From assembly GCF_003991155.1 (NCBI RefSeq), contig NZ_CP031293.1: a stretch of 64,000 nucleotides of DNA; one strand, written 5' to 3'. Source of the DNA: Escherichia coli (lineage in GTDB: Bacteria > Pseudomonadota > Gammaproteobacteria > Enterobacterales > Enterobacteriaceae). Positions 61,726-64,000 of this stretch are shown here, one piece after another. A program made the translations under genes and the position numbers. The notes beneath the pieces are model-generated. The model ran no database searches. It saw only the letters and a program-made list of their open reading frames with translations, and had not been told where the DNA came from. Position 1 is the first letter of the stretch. The number at the start of each line of letters is the position of its first letter.

Positions 61726-61828
61726 GAGCAACGGCGGGGAGTGATCCCCGCCACTTTACAGGTGCTCGCATATCTTCAACGCACCCTATTTTTACCCTGG
61801 CCTGCCCACGGGCAGGCTTTTGGGGAGG

Positions 61829-62959
61829 TTAGCGAGTCAGGTCGTCAAAAAACTTCTTCACACCATCAAAGAAGCTCTTTGAACGCGGGCTGTTGTGCTC
61901 ACCGGTTGGGCCACCGAAGCTTTCCTGCAGCTCTTGCAGCAGCTGTTTCTGCTTCTCGTTCAGGCCTACCGGTGTTTCGACGACAACGCGGCACAGCAAA
62001 TCACCCTGTGCGCCACCGCGGACAGACTTGACGCCTTTACCGCGCATACGGAACAGCTTACCGGTCTGGGTTTCGCCAGGCACTTTCAGTTTGACGCGAC
62101 CATCAAGGGTCGGTACTTCGATTTCGCCACCCAGCGCCGCCATAGCGAAGTTGATCGGGACTTCGCAATAGAGGTTGTTGCCTTCACGCTCGAAAATCGG
62201 GTGCTGTTTAACCTGAACCTGAACGTACAGATCGCCTGCCGGTGCGCCATGCTCGCCCGCTTCACCTTCGCCCGCAAGACGGATGCGGTCTCCAGTGTCC
62301 ACCCCTGCCGGGATTTTAACGGACAGCGTTTTGCTGCGCTCAACACGACCATGACCATGACATTTGTTGCACGGATCTTTGATCAGCGTACCGCGGCCCT
62401 GACAGTGTGGACAGGTCTGCTGCACGGCAAAGAAACCCTGGCGCATCTGCACCTGACCAGAACCATGACAGGTCGGACAGGTCTGCGGCTGTGTACCTGG
62501 TTTTGCACCGCTACCGTGGCAAACGTCACACTCTTCCAGAGTCGGAATGCGGATCTCTTTGGTCACGCCACGTACAGCTTCTTCGAGGGTGAGCTCCATG
62601 TTATAGCGTAAATCAGCACCGCGCGCCGCACGTTGACGACCACGTCCGCCGCCAAAAATATCGCCGAAAACGTCACCAAAAATATCGCTGAAGTCTGCGC
62701 CGCCGCCAAAACCGCCGCCGCCCATGCCGCCTTGCTCAAACGCAGCATGACCATACTGATCGTATGCCGCACGTTTTTGCGAGTCGGTCAGAACTTCATA
62801 AGCTTCCTTGATCTCTTTAAATTTCGCCTCGGCCTCTTTGTCACCCTGGTTACGGTCCGGGTGGTATTTCATGGCCAGGCGTTTGTAGGCCTTTTTGATT
62901 TCACGCTCTTCCGCTGTTTTGGAAACGCCTAAAATCTCGTAATAATCTTGCTTAGCCAT
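61829..62959 (-). CDS. dnaJ: Chaperone DnaJ (Hsp40)
   Basis: ORF-track frame 61829-62989; start placed at [35 protein letters not shown], giving 376 aa; G/F region and CxxCxGxG zinc fingers. Confidence 0.97.
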
Positions 62960-63047
62960 CTTTTTTAAATTGCCCCTAGATGAATGCACGGGCGGAGAGG
63001 AAATTCCCCTTCGCCCGTGTCAGTATAATTACCCGTTTATAGGGCGA

Positions 63048-64000
63048 TTATTTTTTGTCTTTGACTTCTTCAAATTCAGCGTCGACAACATCGTCATCTT
63101 TCGCGTTGTTTGCAGAAGCATCAGCACCGGCAGTCTGCTGCTGGGCATGTTGCTGCTGGGCGATTTCCATCAGTTTCTGGGAAACCTGTGCCAGTTCCTG
63201 CATTTTCGCTTCGATAGCGGCTTTGTCTTCACCTTTCAGAGCAGTTTCCAGTGCAGTCAGTGCAGACTCGATAGCAGTTTTGTCGTCAGCCGGCAGTTTG
63301 TCGCCCGCTTCTTCAACCTGCTTACGGGTGCTGTGCAGCAGATGGTCGCCCTGGTTGCGAGTCTGTACCAGCTCTTCAAACTTACGGTCAGCTTCGGCGT
63401 TAGCTTCTGCGTCGCGTACCATTTTCTGGATTTCATCTTCGTTCAGACCAGAAGAAGCCTTGATGGTGATCTTCTGCTCTTTACCGCTGTTTTTATCTTT
63501 CGCGGAAACGTGCAGGATACCGTCAGCATCGATATCGAAGGTAACTTCGATCTGCGGCATGCCGCGCGGTGCCGGGTTGATACCATCCAGGTTGAACTGA
63601 CCCAGAGATTTGTTATCAGCCGCACGTTTACGTTCACCCTGCAGCACGTGGATGGTTACCGCAGACTGGTTGTCTTCAGCGGTAGAGAACACCTGGCTGT
63701 GCTTGGTCGGGATAGTGGTGTTTTTCGCGATCAGCGTCGTCATCACACCGCCCATGGTTTCGATACCCAGAGACAGCGGGGTAACGTCCAGCAGCAGTAC
63801 GTCTTTCACGTCACCAGTCAGAACACCACCCTGAACAGCAGCACCGATTGCTACAGCTTCGTCCGGGTTAACGTCTTTACGCGGCTCTTTACCAAAGAAT
63901 TCAGCAACTTTCTTCTGAACCATTGGCATACGAGTCTGACCACCAACGAGGATAACGTCGTCGATATCAGATACGGACAGGCCAGCGTCCTGCAGTGCAA
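63048..64000 (-). CDS. dnaK: Chaperone DnaK (Hsp70), C-terminal part; 5' end lies beyond the window
   Basis: ORF ends …[18 protein letters not shown]; frame continues to the window edge. Confidence 0.95.

Noticed and set aside
61895-62611. 238-aa plus-strand ORF
   Set aside because: Antisense shadow ORF inside dnaJ.

Overview
This window is an Escherichia coli-type chromosomal segment, colinear with the K-12 araC–dnaK region but in reverse orientation and clearly not K-12 itself. The core backbone reads araC (partial), araBAD, polB, rapA, rluA, djlA, lptD-surA-pdxA-rsmA-apaG-apaH, folA, kefFC, yaaU, fixXCBA, caiTABCDE, caiF, carAB, dapB, rihC, ispH-fkpB-lspA-ileS-ribF, rpsT, nhaAR, mokC/hokC, dnaJ and dnaK (partial). 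Four accessory insertions sit on this backbone. (1) The main finding is a 1279-bp IS110-family element (IS621-like) inserted inside a REP element between rluA and djlA. It has no terminal inverted repeats, is flanked by a CT dinucleotide on each side, and encodes a 326-aa recombinase with D11/E60/D102/D105 plus S241. Its ~190-nt non-coding left end folds into stem-loops whose internal loops carry short segments matching the REP target and the element's own termini, which fits a bridge (guide) RNA that programs the recombinase. A sigma70 promoter (-35 in the right end, -10 in the left end, 17-bp spacer) is assembled only when the ends are joined. (2) A ~1.4-kb lower-GC two-gene insert of unknown function lies between apaH and folA. 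(3) A GPH-family sugar transporter plus a GH31 glycosidase lie between rpsT and nhaR. (4) A Tsx-like outer-membrane channel, a Ser-type sulfatase and a Cys-rich zinc-ribbon protein lie between nhaA and hokC. The hokC/mokC locus has an unoccupied IS186-type GGGG-N6-CCCC hotspot. No rRNA, tRNA or CRISPR arrays were found. All calls come from reading the sequence and the ORF track and from recalled protein families; no database search was run.
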